Under the pieces are notes generated by a model, which saw only the letters and a program-made list of their open reading frames with translations, was not told where the DNA came from and did not search any database. This document shows positions 28,051-37,150 of a stretch of 42,681 nt of DNA, in pieces (position 1 is the first letter of the stretch; each line of letters begins with the position of its first letter). Both the position numbers and the translations under genes were made by a program. Location: the IMG/VR virus record IMGVR_UViG_3300036779_000092, positions 1 to 42,681 of that record. One strand, given 5' to 3'. Source of the DNA: a virus. Lineage: Duplodnaviria; Caudoviricetes.

Positions 28051-31000
28051 AATCGCTCTCTCTTGTCTCTGCATGACCGCTCAAGCACAGGTCAATCCGC
28101 ATACGCAGATCCGCTGGCCGGCGAACTGCAACCAGCCCAACATGATTTACAACTGGCAGACAAACACTTGTTTCAGCGGTGCAGTTGCGATCGCGGCGGG
28201 GACGACTACGACATTGCCGGCAGGATCCCCCGCGACTGTGACCCAGACCGGGACTTTTCCGAATTACACGCTCCATTTCGGCATCCCCACGGGCACACCG
28301 GGCGGTTCACTCTCCTATCCAGGCGTCAACACTGACAACAACCAGGGACTGACGGCTGCGGGGAATATCGTTGGCAAGACGCTGGGCGGCTTTCTCTATG
28401 CCTCGCAGTACATCACCGGCGCCGGCAACAACGGCATCGGCAACGCGGCGGCGACCGGGAACAACATCACCGTCGTTGCAGATCCGGCGACCGGTTCGGT
28501 CGAACGTCCCGGGCCAGGTTCCTTTACCAATTACCCAATTCACTATTGGGATTCGCGGATCTCGCAGCAAACCGATTTTTTCTACAATCCTGAGTACGGC
28601 TCTGCAAACTGGAGTTGGTTCAATGCCGGGCTCTATGGGGTATCGGCTCAGGCGGGCAAAAATACCCATTGCCTCTATGACCGCCCACCGCCCTACTATA
28701 CCGGGAATGTCGATCAGGGCTGCGAAAACGGGACCAGCCAGATGAATTATCCCGGGTGGAGCTTGGGCAACCCCAACGGGTTTCTCTCCGCAACCGGGAA
28801 CGTGACGACTAATGGGACGGCCGTTACATGGTCGAGCGGCACCACATTCCGCACCGATGCGACCTGGCCGAATCAGATCATGCTCATCAACGGTGCCGGC
28901 TATGTGGTCGCGACCGTTAATAGCGCAACTAGCATTACGCTGGCGACCTCGGCGGGGGTTCATTCGACGCCCGTGCCTTATCTTCTCGGAGCGGGCGCGG
29001 GATGGAGCGTATTGAAGGGCAGGCCGTTGGTTGTATCGAAGCGCGGCCGCGGAATTGATGTTGCGCTTCCGATTAACGACACCACGTACAGTCCCGGCGA
29101 TCACATCGCGTTCTATAGCTATCTCCACGGTCACGGCGGAGGAACGGCCGCGAGCGATGAGTACCAGAAGAATCTGGGCAACCTCAATGCTGAAGACCCC
29201 GAAAGTGCGAGCACCTGTCTCACCGGATGTTCAACCGGCACCACGCTGATGAAAACGAATTACGGAAGCGCGGGCACGCAGGGCGCGGGCATGTATATGA
29301 TCGCGGGTTCTTCCCCCGCCTATACGCTCACGATGACGGCCTCCGCCGCAGCCGCGAGCCCGAATGGAGCTGGAACCGCGGTGACGGTAGCGGATACCAT
29401 TCCGGTTTCGACGGCATGGGGCACGATCACTGTGGCCGTGCAGACGCCGGTCAATGTTAATCCGCCTTATTCCTTCTCTACTCCGGTCAACATCACCCTC
29501 GCCGCCAATTCGCCAGGTCCGTTTACGACCACCGGCGGGTTGATTTGCTTTATGGGAAATTTTCACGATCAAACCTTTGCTTCCTCCGTTGGAACGGCAA
29601 CGACGACTCAGATCGTCACCGTGCCAGTACGAAACGCGCACGCGGCCGGAACTTATGTGTATCAGGGCGGCATGTGCGGCAAGGGTCAGGAAAGGGTAAT
29701 GGATACGGTGAGCGGGCAGCAGTATCTCTACGATGTTGGCGGCAGCACCGATGCGCACACGTTGCAGGCTTACTCGTTTGTCGGCAGCGCGGGCTTGCCG
29801 TTGCCTCAGCTCACGATGGCACCTTTCAATAACGTGACAGCCGGGCTCTCTAGTTCCGGTACGACCATTGCGGGCACGCTCACCGGCGGGTTGGCTATTC
29901 AGGCTTACACGGGCGCGACCGTGGCCATCTCCAACTCTTCGAATAGCGCCTTGAATGTGAGCGCCTGTACGGGTTTGACGTTTACCACCGCGACCGCTTT
30001 CACCTGTACGGTGCCGAGTGTCGCCGGCAACGTATCGGTGACCAATGGATCCCCAGCTATCACATGGGTAAGCGGCGCGCAGTTTCCGACGACTGGCGTC
30101 TGGACCGGTACGACCATCACGATTGCCGCAAACGCTTACGCGGTTGCCTCCGTGACCGACGCGACTCATCTCACACTCAGCACCAACATTTCGACTGCGA
30201 CATCTGGCAACGTAGCCTATGCGCAGACCATCGGCACTCAAACCAATACGACGAATATCCCGGTTGCGACCGTTGGCAACAACACCCTTAATCTCTGGGA
30301 TATCGCGGAGATTACCGACGCGCAGAATGAGGCTGTGAATCCGCCGGCCATCGATGGGACCGTGGCGCTTGAGCCGAACACGTTGCCGGTCACAACCAAT
30401 GGCGCGGTGAAAGTGTTGAATCATACCGCGGCCAAGCAGCAGGTTTTAACCGGCACGATTTCAGCCCTGAATCCTTATGAGCAAGTATTCGGAATCAACA
30501 TCGTCATGGGCGGGCCGGGAGCCTGGGGCGGCAGCAACGGTTTGACCGGCAATGCTTTTGTATCCACGGCAAACAGCCAGCCGTGTTCCTACTACACCGG
30601 TTGCGGCGGATCAAAACCGCCGGCTAACTGGGGGCAGCACGCGGGCTCTTACTTGAACGGCATAGACTTTGCTTTGCTTCCATCGACGAGCGGAAGCTCA
30701 CTGCTCACCGCAGGAATCTCGGCGGCAACGCAGTTAGAGTTGAATGACCCCAATTACTTCTACTATGTATTTTTTGAGTATGACAAGACCGGAAACACGA
30801 GCCTGAAGGTTGCGCCCCTGACCGGGAACAGCACATTCAATACTCAGGGCACGGCCACCTACACCGCAGCATCCCACATCTTTAACGGCGGGACGCTTGC
30901 GGCCAATTTCACCACTTTGCAGGTTTGTAGTACGACCCTTTCTCCTGCGAATTGTAATTCTGCTTCATCGGGCCGGGTGCAGGTGGCGGTGGGGGCGACG

Positions 31001-31207
31001 ACGCTCCAGATCAACAGTACCGTCTTTACCGGAGTAACCGGATGCTGGTTTACCTATGACGGGAGCACGGGCACACCCCCTACAAACATCGGCTCGTTGA
31101 TTCAGCCCTACATTAGCGGGCGCTCGCCGGGAGTCAGTCTCACTATCACTCTTCCAGTGGCGCCGGCAACTAACCCTGTCTACGTTCAATTCGGTTGCAT
31201 GTCTTGA
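28031..31207 (+). CDS. Tail fibre/receptor-binding protein with signal-peptide-like leader
   Basis: T/G/S/A-rich; TTTTLPAGSPATVT..LHFGIP fibre motif; two internal VTW.SG..F repeats; leader MRSVWLKIALSCLCMTAQA-Q. Confidence 0.75.
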   Translation: MRSVWLKIALSCLCMTAQAQVNPHTQIRWPANCNQPNMIYNWQTNTCFSGAVAIAAGTTTTLPAGSPATVTQTGTFPNYTLHFGIPTGTPGGSLSYPGVNTDNNQGLTAAGNIVGKTLGGFLYASQYITGAGNNGIGNAAATGNNITVVADPATGSVERPGPGSFTNYPIHYWDSRISQQTDFFYNPEYGSANWSWFNAGLYGVSAQAGKNTHCLYDRPPPYYTGNVDQGCENGTSQMNYPGWSLGNPNGFLSATGNVTTNGTAVTWSSGTTFRTDATWPNQIMLINGAGYVVATVNSATSITLATSAGVHSTPVPYLLGAGAGWSVLKGRPLVVSKRGRGIDVALPINDTTYSPGDHIAFYSYLHGHGGGTAASDEYQKNLGNLNAEDPESASTCLTGCSTGTTLMKTNYGSAGTQGAGMYMIAGSSPAYTLTMTASAAAASPNGAGTAVTVADTIPVSTAWGTITVAVQTPVNVNPPYSFSTPVNITLAANSPGPFTTTGGLICFMGNFHDQTFASSVGTATTTQIVTVPVRNAHAAGTYVYQGGMCGKGQERVMDTVSGQQYLYDVGGSTDAHTLQAYSFVGSAGLPLPQLTMAPFNNVTAGLSSSGTTIAGTLTGGLAIQAYTGATVAISNSSNSALNVSACTGLTFTTATAFTCTVPSVAGNVSVTNGSPAITWVSGAQFPTTGVWTGTTITIAANAYAVASVTDATHLTLSTNISTATSGNVAYAQTIGTQTNTTNIPVATVGNNTLNLWDIAEITDAQNEAVNPPAIDGTVALEPNTLPVTTNGAVKVLNHTAAKQQVLTGTISALNPYEQVFGINIVMGGPGAWGGSNGLTGNAFVSTANSQPCSYYTGCGGSKPPANWGQHAGSYLNGIDFALLPSTSGSSLLTAGISAATQLELNDPNYFYYVFFEYDKTGNTSLKVAPLTGNSTFNTQGTATYTAASHIFNGGTLAANFTTLQVCSTTLSPANCNSASSGRVQVAVGATTLQINSTVFTGVTGCWFTYDGSTGTPPTNIGSLIQPYISGRSPGVSLTITLPVAPATNPVYVQFGCMS

Positions 31208-31227
31208 ATCAAAGGAGGAATTCTCAA

Positions 31228-32103
31228 ATGGCGGCGCCAGTCTTCTACATCGAACGCGATTTATTTGCCAACAGTGCCGATTGGATCAGCAACAAAAGCG
31301 ACAGCATCAACAAGCCGCCCAGCGATTATTTCGAAGCCTCGATGACGCCGGCGGGCCCGATGCTGGTAAGCAATGGATCCCTGCTGGCATGGGGCGGGGC
31401 CCTGGTAAGCCGCAAGCGAGGCGTGCCCTCGAACAATGGAAAGCTGCTTAACTGGCTGGCCTATCGCCTGCGCTTCCGCTTCCCTGCTTCGACCGCCGAC
31501 AACGTGGCCCGGCATGAGCTAGACTGGAAAATTTGCGTTAAGACCAGGCCGAACGCCAACACGAAGATTCGCAACGTGGCCAATTTTTCGACGCAATGGA
31601 ACGCGGACACCGGGCAGTTTCAAATTGATCTGGATCCGCCGGCGTGGGTCGACACCGGTTTTGTTGTGGCTCAAATCACGCCCGATGTCTGGCATACTCT
31701 CGAATACCGTTTTTGGTTCGATGATGTGGCCCAGATCTTCAGCGTGCTTTCGATCCAGTATGACGACCAGCTCTACATGATCCCCGAGGAACTGCAGAAC
31801 GTTCCCATGCAAAACACCAACTGGGAGGAAGTAGCTTCCGCCCAGAACCAGAACGAAGTGTTTGCGGCCAGATCGACAACGACAATCGAGTACAGCGATG
31901 GAGTTCTGGCGTGGAGCGATCAGAGAATCACAATGATCCCGCCCGAAAGCCTGCTGCGCAGAGGCGAGGAACGGGAATACTGGTGGCCGCGGCAACTGAA
32001 GGGAAAGCAGGAGCTTCTGGGTGGGACCTTTGACCCATTCGGCAATGATTCAGACTGCGACCGCAGGAGAGAGAGCGCGGCCGACACCAGGCGGCCGGAA
32101 TGA
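31228..32103 (+). CDS. Hypothetical protein, possible beta-sandwich (lectin/lyase-like)
   Basis: AGGAGG RBS; RHELDW and PDVWHTLEY resemble ConA-like folds. Confidence 0.6.
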   Translation: MAAPVFYIERDLFANSADWISNKSDSINKPPSDYFEASMTPAGPMLVSNGSLLAWGGALVSRKRGVPSNNGKLLNWLAYRLRFRFPASTADNVARHELDWKICVKTRPNANTKIRNVANFSTQWNADTGQFQIDLDPPAWVDTGFVVAQITPDVWHTLEYRFWFDDVAQIFSVLSIQYDDQLYMIPEELQNVPMQNTNWEEVASAQNQNEVFAARSTTTIEYSDGVLAWSDQRITMIPPESLLRRGEEREYWWPRQLKGKQELLGGTFDPFGNDSDCDRRRESAADTRRPE

Positions 32104-32396
32104 ATACTAAAGAATGGCTGAAATCGGCCGCGGTCGCCATTGCCGGCGGCGCCGCGGCGTCCATTTCCGCGGAGGTCATGGATCCCACCAAGTTCAATTT
32201 GAGCAACGGACTCAAAGATGAATTCCTGATTGCGCTGCAGGGGGCCCTGGTGGGGCTGGGGGCGCTTTTCCTTCGCTCTCCCCTGGGATCGTCGTTAGTG
32301 GATGCCCTGGCCGATGCCAGGCGCCAGGCGGAGCAAGATAGGGCTACCATTGAAAAGCTCAAGTCCGAAAAGTTTTCAGGAAGCCAATCCAACTGA
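32100..32396 (+). CDS. Holin-like membrane protein
   Basis: Two hydrophobic segments plus a charged coiled C-terminus; last gene of the late operon. Confidence 0.55.
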   Translation: MNTKEWLKSAAVAIAGGAAASISAEVMDPTKFNLSNGLKDEFLIALQGALVGLGALFLRSPLGSSLVDALADARRQAEQDRATIEKLKSEKFSGSQSN

Positions 32397-32454
32397 AAGG
32401 AGGGAAATTCAAACATATTCCTCATGGATAAAAAATTAGAGTGTTTCTTAGGCT

Positions 32455-32492
32455 GGGGGAACCCGAATATCATCCCGGTTTCCCCCTTTTTT
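32455..32492 (+). terminator. Rho-independent terminator of the late operon
   Basis: GGGGGAACC...GGTTTCCCCC stem followed by TTTTTT. Confidence 0.65.
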
Positions 32493-32500
32493 CCGGTAAT

Positions 32501-32553
32501 ACCTATGCACCGCATATCTAAAACATAGGCTTCACCTATATCCCACCTATGCA
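32501..32553. promoter_or_regulatory. parS-like cluster 2
   Basis: ACCTATGCA 32501, CATAGGC-ttc-ACCTATA 32524-32540, ACCTATGCA 32545; ~11-bp phasing. Confidence 0.7.
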
Positions 32554-32570
32554 ATGCCTAAAAATCTCTC

Positions 32571-32607
32571 TGGACATTCGCCCACTCATGCACTAAATTT
32601 AATGCAT
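32571..32607 (+). promoter_or_regulatory. Sigma70-type promoter with an overlapping inverted repeat
   Basis: TGGACA-17 bp-TAAATT; ATGCA-N10-TGCAT spans the -10. Confidence 0.6.
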
Positions 32608-32633
32608 CAGAAAGCGAAGGAAAGGGACAATCG

Positions 32634-34016
32634 ATGACAAAAAATGACTTGTACGCGGATTTGAAACTTTACGAATTCGTGGCCGAAAACTTCAAAAAGC
32701 TGCGCCTGTTCAGGGTCACGCCCCACGGGCCGGTGATGCAGATTACGGGGCCTAACGGGGCAGGGAAGACGAGCGCCGTCGACGCCATTTGGTTTTTGCT
32801 CAAGGGCATCAAGGGTTTGCCCGTGAAAGCGGTTCGCATGGGCGCCGAACAGATGAAGGTGAGCGGGCGCATCGGCAACGAGAACTTAGAATTCACGGTC
32901 ACGCGCACCCTGGCGGCCGAAAGCCAGAACCCCACCCTTGAAATCAAGATGATTAAGGGCAAGCGGGAGACGACACCGCAGGATTTTCTGGATCAGATTT
33001 TCGACATTCTGACGTTTGATCCGCTGGAATTTATTCGTCTCGATCCCAAGGCGCAGATTGCCAAGCTGCGGGAAACCGCCCATGTGGATCTGGACTTCGA
33101 CGCCCTGGCCGAAGAACACGACAAGGATTACAAGGCGCGCGCCGCGGTGAACTTGGAACGCAAGGCGATCAGCGCGCGCATCGAGGCGATGAAGACGCTC
33201 GAAGGTTTGCCCTTCGAAAAGCTGGACGAAGGCGCCATCCTGGTGAAGCTGAATGAAGCCGGCGAAGCCAACCGCAAGGCGCAGCAAACATTCAAGGCCA
33301 AGCAGGATCTCGAAGCCAAAGCAGCCAGCGCGCGCGCGGCCATTGCCGACAATGAACGGCTGATTACCAGCCAGGCGGCCAAGGTAGAGGAACTGGAAGA
33401 ACAGTTGAAGCAGGCGCGCCAGGTTCTGAAAGCCAGTCAAAACGTGCGCAAATCTCTGGCCACGGCCGCGGACGAAGCGCAGGCGGCCTACGAGGCGGCG
33501 CCGGCCGGCGATCCCATCGACGTGGGCGCACTGACCGCGGAGCTGCAGAGCGCGCAGCGCACCAACCGTGCCATCGATGAATGGCGGGCGAAGGAAGAAC
33601 TACGCAAGGAGCTGGCCGCCAAAGACAAGGAATGGCAGACGATCGACGAACGCATGGCGGCGCGGGAGGAAAAGAAGCGCAAGGCGGTCGCCAAGGCAAA
33701 AATCCCGGTCGAGGGTTTGACCTTTAACGACTCCATGACGGAAGTGCGTTACAACAATTTGCCGCTCGAAAACCTGGGGGAAGGCGAACAGATCCGGCTT
33801 TCAACCCGCATTGCCATGGCCGCCAATCCTAAGCTGCGCGTGCTCTGCATTCGCCACGGCGAAGCACTGGATGAAGCCGGCATGAAGATCCTCTATGACA
33901 TGGCGGTAGACAACAACTTCCAGATCTGGATGGCCCGCGTCGACACATCCGGCCGGGTGGGAATCGTGCTCGAAGACGGCAACGTTGTGGCCGAAAACGA
34001 CCTGGTGGAGAAATGA
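32634..34016 (+). CDS. SMC/Rad50-like ABC ATPase with coiled coil
   Basis: Walker A GPNGAGKTS, central coiled coil, signature LGEGEQ, Walker B-like IRHGEALD. Confidence 0.85.
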   Translation: MTKNDLYADLKLYEFVAENFKKLRLFRVTPHGPVMQITGPNGAGKTSAVDAIWFLLKGIKGLPVKAVRMGAEQMKVSGRIGNENLEFTVTRTLAAESQNPTLEIKMIKGKRETTPQDFLDQIFDILTFDPLEFIRLDPKAQIAKLRETAHVDLDFDALAEEHDKDYKARAAVNLERKAISARIEAMKTLEGLPFEKLDEGAILVKLNEAGEANRKAQQTFKAKQDLEAKAASARAAIADNERLITSQAAKVEELEEQLKQARQVLKASQNVRKSLATAADEAQAAYEAAPAGDPIDVGALTAELQSAQRTNRAIDEWRAKEELRKELAAKDKEWQTIDERMAAREEKKRKAVAKAKIPVEGLTFNDSMTEVRYNNLPLENLGEGEQIRLSTRIAMAANPKLRVLCIRHGEALDEAGMKILYDMAVDNNFQIWMARVDTSGRVGIVLEDGNVVAENDLVEK

Positions 34017-34348
34017 ACGAATACACGTTCACACTGACGCGGGATCAGTACGAAACCCTCTTGGTGGCGCTGGGGTATGCGGCCGGCGCCGCCATCAGCC
34101 GGAAGGAGAACGGATTGTTTATAGGCTTTCTCCGGCTGTGTAACGAAATCAACAAAAACAACCCAAATTACCTGCCTTACGAACTCGAAGCCGAGCCGGC
34201 GGAGCAAGCCGAACCAACTGGCGGCGCCCCGGTGATAGATCCGGCTGTGTTCGAGTCTCTGCACGCGCTTCAGCAGGCCATGGAGAAATTCTGCGGAGCC
34301 GATCCGGCATTCTTCGAAAAGCCGCGCAAGGCCCCGCAGACGCCCTAG
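34013..34348 (+). CDS. Hypothetical protein
   Basis: ATGA overlap. Confidence 0.6.
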   Translation: MNEYTFTLTRDQYETLLVALGYAAGAAISRKENGLFIGFLRLCNEINKNNPNYLPYELEAEPAEQAEPTGGAPVIDPAVFESLHALQQAMEKFCGADPAFFEKPRKAPQTP

Positions 34349-34414
34349 AAGGCGCCGGCGGGATTTTTGGCTACCACCCCAGCACCCAACCCCCAAGAAA
34401 GGGAAGGCGGGCCT

Positions 34415-35167
34415 ATGGAGCTTGCACAGCAGTCGTTTAATTGCAGTCAATGCCATGACGTTGGGCTCATTCGAACCGAGCGCGGATCCCGGCCGTGCTC
34501 CTGCCAGATGGAGCGGGAAGCCAGCCTGCGGCTTACGCGGGCGGGAATCCCTCCCCACTTCCAGGGTTGCGCCCTCGAAAACTTCCACCCGGACAAAGAC
34601 ACAACTTGGGCTCTGATGGCCGCGCGCCGGTATGTCACCGACTTTTTGCCGGGCGCCGGCCGCGGGCTTCTCTTTACCGGCAACATCGGAGCAGGCAAAA
34701 CCCACCTGGCGGCCGGCATCATGCGCGCCCTGATCGAAGACAAGGGGATCCAGGGGCGGTTTGTGACTGTCCCGCAGTTGCTCGATAAACTGCGCGCCAG
34801 CCATGCGCCGGATGCGACAGAAAGCGAGACGCAAATCCTCAAATCGATTATTTCCGCCGATTTAATCGTGATCGATGAGCTGGGCGCCCACCGCGGTCAA
34901 AGCGATTGGGTGTTTGACACGACTGAATTGCTTATCGGCGGCCTGTACAACAAAGCGGCCGCGGTGATTGTAACCACCAACTTTCCCAACCTCGCGCCCG
35001 GCGGCGGCCAGGTGCAAAAGGAATACGAGGCACAAAACGAATATGCCCGCGCGATGCGGCCGGAAACGCTGGGCGATCGCATTGGGCAACGCATGTTTAG
35101 CCGGCTGCAGCAGATGTGCACCACGGTAGTGCAGATATACGGATCCGATTGGAGAACGAAGAAATGA
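34415..35167 (+). CDS. DnaC/IstB-like helicase loader ATPase
   Basis: CSQC..CSC zinc site, GNIGAGKTHLA, VIDELG, TTN, RMFSRL. Confidence 0.9.
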   Translation: MELAQQSFNCSQCHDVGLIRTERGSRPCSCQMEREASLRLTRAGIPPHFQGCALENFHPDKDTTWALMAARRYVTDFLPGAGRGLLFTGNIGAGKTHLAAGIMRALIEDKGIQGRFVTVPQLLDKLRASHAPDATESETQILKSIISADLIVIDELGAHRGQSDWVFDTTELLIGGLYNKAAAVIVTTNFPNLAPGGGQVQKEYEAQNEYARAMRPETLGDRIGQRMFSRLQQMCTTVVQIYGSDWRTKK

Positions 35168-35427
35168 CACCGACCAACGAGGAATTTAAAACCCAACTGG
35201 GCGCCGAAATCCGCCGGCTGAGAGAAACGAAGGGATGGACCCAGGAACGGTTAGGCACCAAGGTGGGGATCCACCGCAACACTGTGGCCCGCTATGAAAC
35301 CGGAGATGACATCCCGGTGATGGTCTTTCTGCGCATGTGCACGGCGCTGGGAAGCCATGGCAAGGATGTGCTCGAACGGGTCTTGCCGGATGCTCAAGAA
35401 CGGATTGCGGCGGCCAACGGGGGTTAA
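35164..35427 (+). CDS. XRE family HTH regulator
   Basis: IRRLRETKGWTQERLGTKVGIHRNTVARYETG. Confidence 0.9.
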   Translation: MTPTNEEFKTQLGAEIRRLRETKGWTQERLGTKVGIHRNTVARYETGDDIPVMVFLRMCTALGSHGKDVLERVLPDAQERIAAANGG

Positions 35428-35478
35428 CTACTTTGGTTTGTCCGAGCGGACAAGCAGCAACGCGCACTGCTAAAGTGG

Positions 35479-35534
35479 CCTGAAAGCCGAAAAGCCTCGC
35501 TTCGCCGGCGAGGCTTTTCAATACCGCTTTCAGG
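35479..35534. promoter_or_regulatory. Long stem-loop upstream of the HTH initiator (terminator/attenuator or antisense-RNA element)
   Basis: CCTGAAAGC/GCTTTCAGG outer stem and 12-bp inner stem GAAAAGCCTCGC/GCGAGGCTTTTC. Confidence 0.7.
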
Positions 35535-35536
35535 AT

Positions 35537-36385
35537 GTGACTCGCATCCCAATGACTCAAAACCTAGCAGTCCCGCCCTCTGGCGTCAACTTTCCCCAAC
35601 AGCTAAATAGTAACCAGCCGGTGACACTCCGATGGACGAAGGCATATGCCATCGTCGACAGGATGCTCCCCGCGGCTACCAGCCGGATACTTCGCGTCCT
35701 GGCCGGCGCCGTCGATCCCAAGACCCAGGCAAGCGTAATCGGAGTAAAGGATTGGGCGCGCCGCGCTAAGGTGAGCGTGAGCACCATTCAGCGGCACAAA
35801 AGGCGCATCGCAGCCGCCGGCCTGGTGCGATGGGACGCGCGCCACGATCCGCGCCACGGTCCCCGATCGAGGCTCACTGATCGAGCTACTTTCATCCCCA
35901 TCGAACAGGTTAATTTTCAGCAGGATAAGTGCTACCCCCCTGGTGTCAGTTCTGACACCCCAGTACTTAGATTTAGAAACAAGCAACAGCTACCCCCTAA
36001 GCCCCCCAAGGGGGGCGCCAATCTCCCTGTTCCCGAAATCCGGCCGGCCCCGGCCTGGCCCGAGCCCAGCCGTGAGGCTTACGAGGCGCAACAAGAAGCC
36101 CGCCGGCAGCGGGAGGCTCGAAGGGCGGAACGTTGGCAGCGCCGGCAGGAGAGGCAGCGCCGGCGCGCCGCGGAGCAGCCGGCGCCAGAGCCGGCGCCAT
36201 TACCGGCAGCGATCGAGAAATTAGTTTCCGAGAGCACGACCGTAAGTGAAGTAGAACCAGGCTTGTACCGGATTCAGCACGGGGAAGATGCAGGGTATCT
36301 TCTCAACAGTGAAGGAGTGTACATGGGGCAATTGGGATTGGATCCAGCGAGAAGGAGAAGGCGCCGGCGATGGCGCCCTACCTGA
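35537..36385 (+). CDS. HTH-domain replication initiator (candidate plasmid-state Rep)
   Basis: Winged-HTH (IGVKDWARRAKVSVSTIQRH..AAAGLV), PPKPPKGG linker typical of initiators; start may be ATG 35552. Confidence 0.65.
   Translation: MTRIPMTQNLAVPPSGVNFPQQLNSNQPVTLRWTKAYAIVDRMLPAATSRILRVLAGAVDPKTQASVIGVKDWARRAKVSVSTIQRHKRRIAAAGLVRWDARHDPRHGPRSRLTDRATFIPIEQVNFQQDKCYPPGVSSDTPVLRFRNKQQLPPKPPKGGANLPVPEIRPAPAWPEPSREAYEAQQEARRQREARRAERWQRRQERQRRRAAEQPAPEPAPLPAAIEKLVSESTTVSEVEPGLYRIQHGEDAGYLLNSEGVYMGQLGLDPARRRRRRRWRPT
35942..35959. repeat. Inverted repeat GGTGTCAG-tt-CTGACACC, candidate origin site
   Basis: Perfect 8-bp arms in the initiator linker next to an AT-rich tract. Confidence 0.55.
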
Positions 36386-36680
36386 TCCGATTCGTAAAAA
36401 CGAGTTGGTAAGTGTAGCTGATGTGTGCGCGGAAAGCCTTCGCCGCGGGCGACTCCGTACGGCCGGCGAAGTGGATCCCGGTTACTCGGTCGACCAGGCC
36501 CCCGATGTCCATATTGTCGATCAAGCTGCAGCACTCAGAGCACGCATACCATTCATCGACGCTGTGGAGTCCGACCGTCCAGCCGTCCAGGCTTACTCCG
36601 ATATTTCTGGAGTCTGATTCGAAACTTTGGCAGCGGTAGCATTGCAGCGGTCCTCGATTGCTACAGAAATCACATTGCAT
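36378..36680 (-). CDS. Zinc-finger hypothetical protein
   Basis: CDFCS and WYACSEC motifs. Confidence 0.7.
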   Translation of the reverse strand: MQCDFCSNRGPLQCYRCQSFESDSRNIGVSLDGWTVGLHSVDEWYACSECCSLIDNMDIGGLVDRVTGIHFAGRTESPAAKAFRAHISYTYQLVFTNRIR

Positions 36681-36920
36681 TCACTTGGACCTGACGTGGA
36701 AGATATGGCAGTTTCCGCAAAAGAGCTGGCGCACGTCTTCGGGATGCCAGGATGTGAGCCCGCAGCGCAGGCAGGTGATGGCTTTTCCATTGTCCGCGAT
36801 GCGGTAGGTTCGCCCCTGCGCGTTCGGTTTGGGGCCTCGCGGTTCGACCAGGCGGCGCACGATCCAGGCGACGACAAATCCCAACGCGACCCAGCCGAGC
36901 AGAGAATAGAGCATGTTCAT
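36681..36920 (-). CDS. Membrane-anchored zinc-finger protein
   Basis: N-terminal TM helix; ITCLRCG.TSWHP.D...FCGNCH. Confidence 0.7.
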   Translation of the reverse strand: MNMLYSLLGWVALGFVVAWIVRRLVEPRGPKPNAQGRTYRIADNGKAITCLRCGLTSWHPEDVRQLFCGNCHIFHVRSK

Positions 36921-37150
36921 GGTTTTTGCTCCAACGCGCGGAGTCTTTCCGCAACTGCGTTGACGATGAAGGCGGAACGGTTGAGCCCCATAGCTTTGGC
37001 CATTCCATTAACCCGGTCCAGCAGCTCTTGATCGAACTTGACCCAGATGGGCACCAGGGTACGCTTGACGCCGGCGCCGTCTGTCTTGTGGGCGCCGCGG
37101 ATGAAACGAGCAGCTTGGACGTCTTTTTTCGGATTGCGCGCGATAGTCAT
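36917..37150 (-). CDS. RHH partition adaptor (ParG/CopG-like)
   Basis: AARFIRGA N-terminal tail plus RHH (IWVKFDQELLDRVN..A..GLNRSAFI); overlaps the parA stop. Confidence 0.8.
   Translation of the reverse strand: MTIARNPKKDVQAARFIRGAHKTDGAGVKRTLVPIWVKFDQELLDRVNGMAKAMGLNRSAFIVNAVAERLRALEQKP

Noticed and set aside
28790-30190. DGR template/variable repeat pair in the tail fibre
   Set aside because: Similarity is at the protein-domain level with mixed substitutions; no reverse transcriptase is present
29231-30424. Long antisense ORFs (also 33893..34834, 21131..21961, 26420..27178)
   Set aside because: Shadow frames of GC-rich genuine genes, without motifs or RBS
34415-35167. IS21 istB / insertion sequence
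   Set aside because: No istA or terminal inverted repeats; the zinc motif and context fit a phage DnaC-like loader
36288-37031. Plus-strand ORFs 36288..36617 and 36627..37031
   Set aside because: Antisense to the coupled minus-strand operon that has clear motifs
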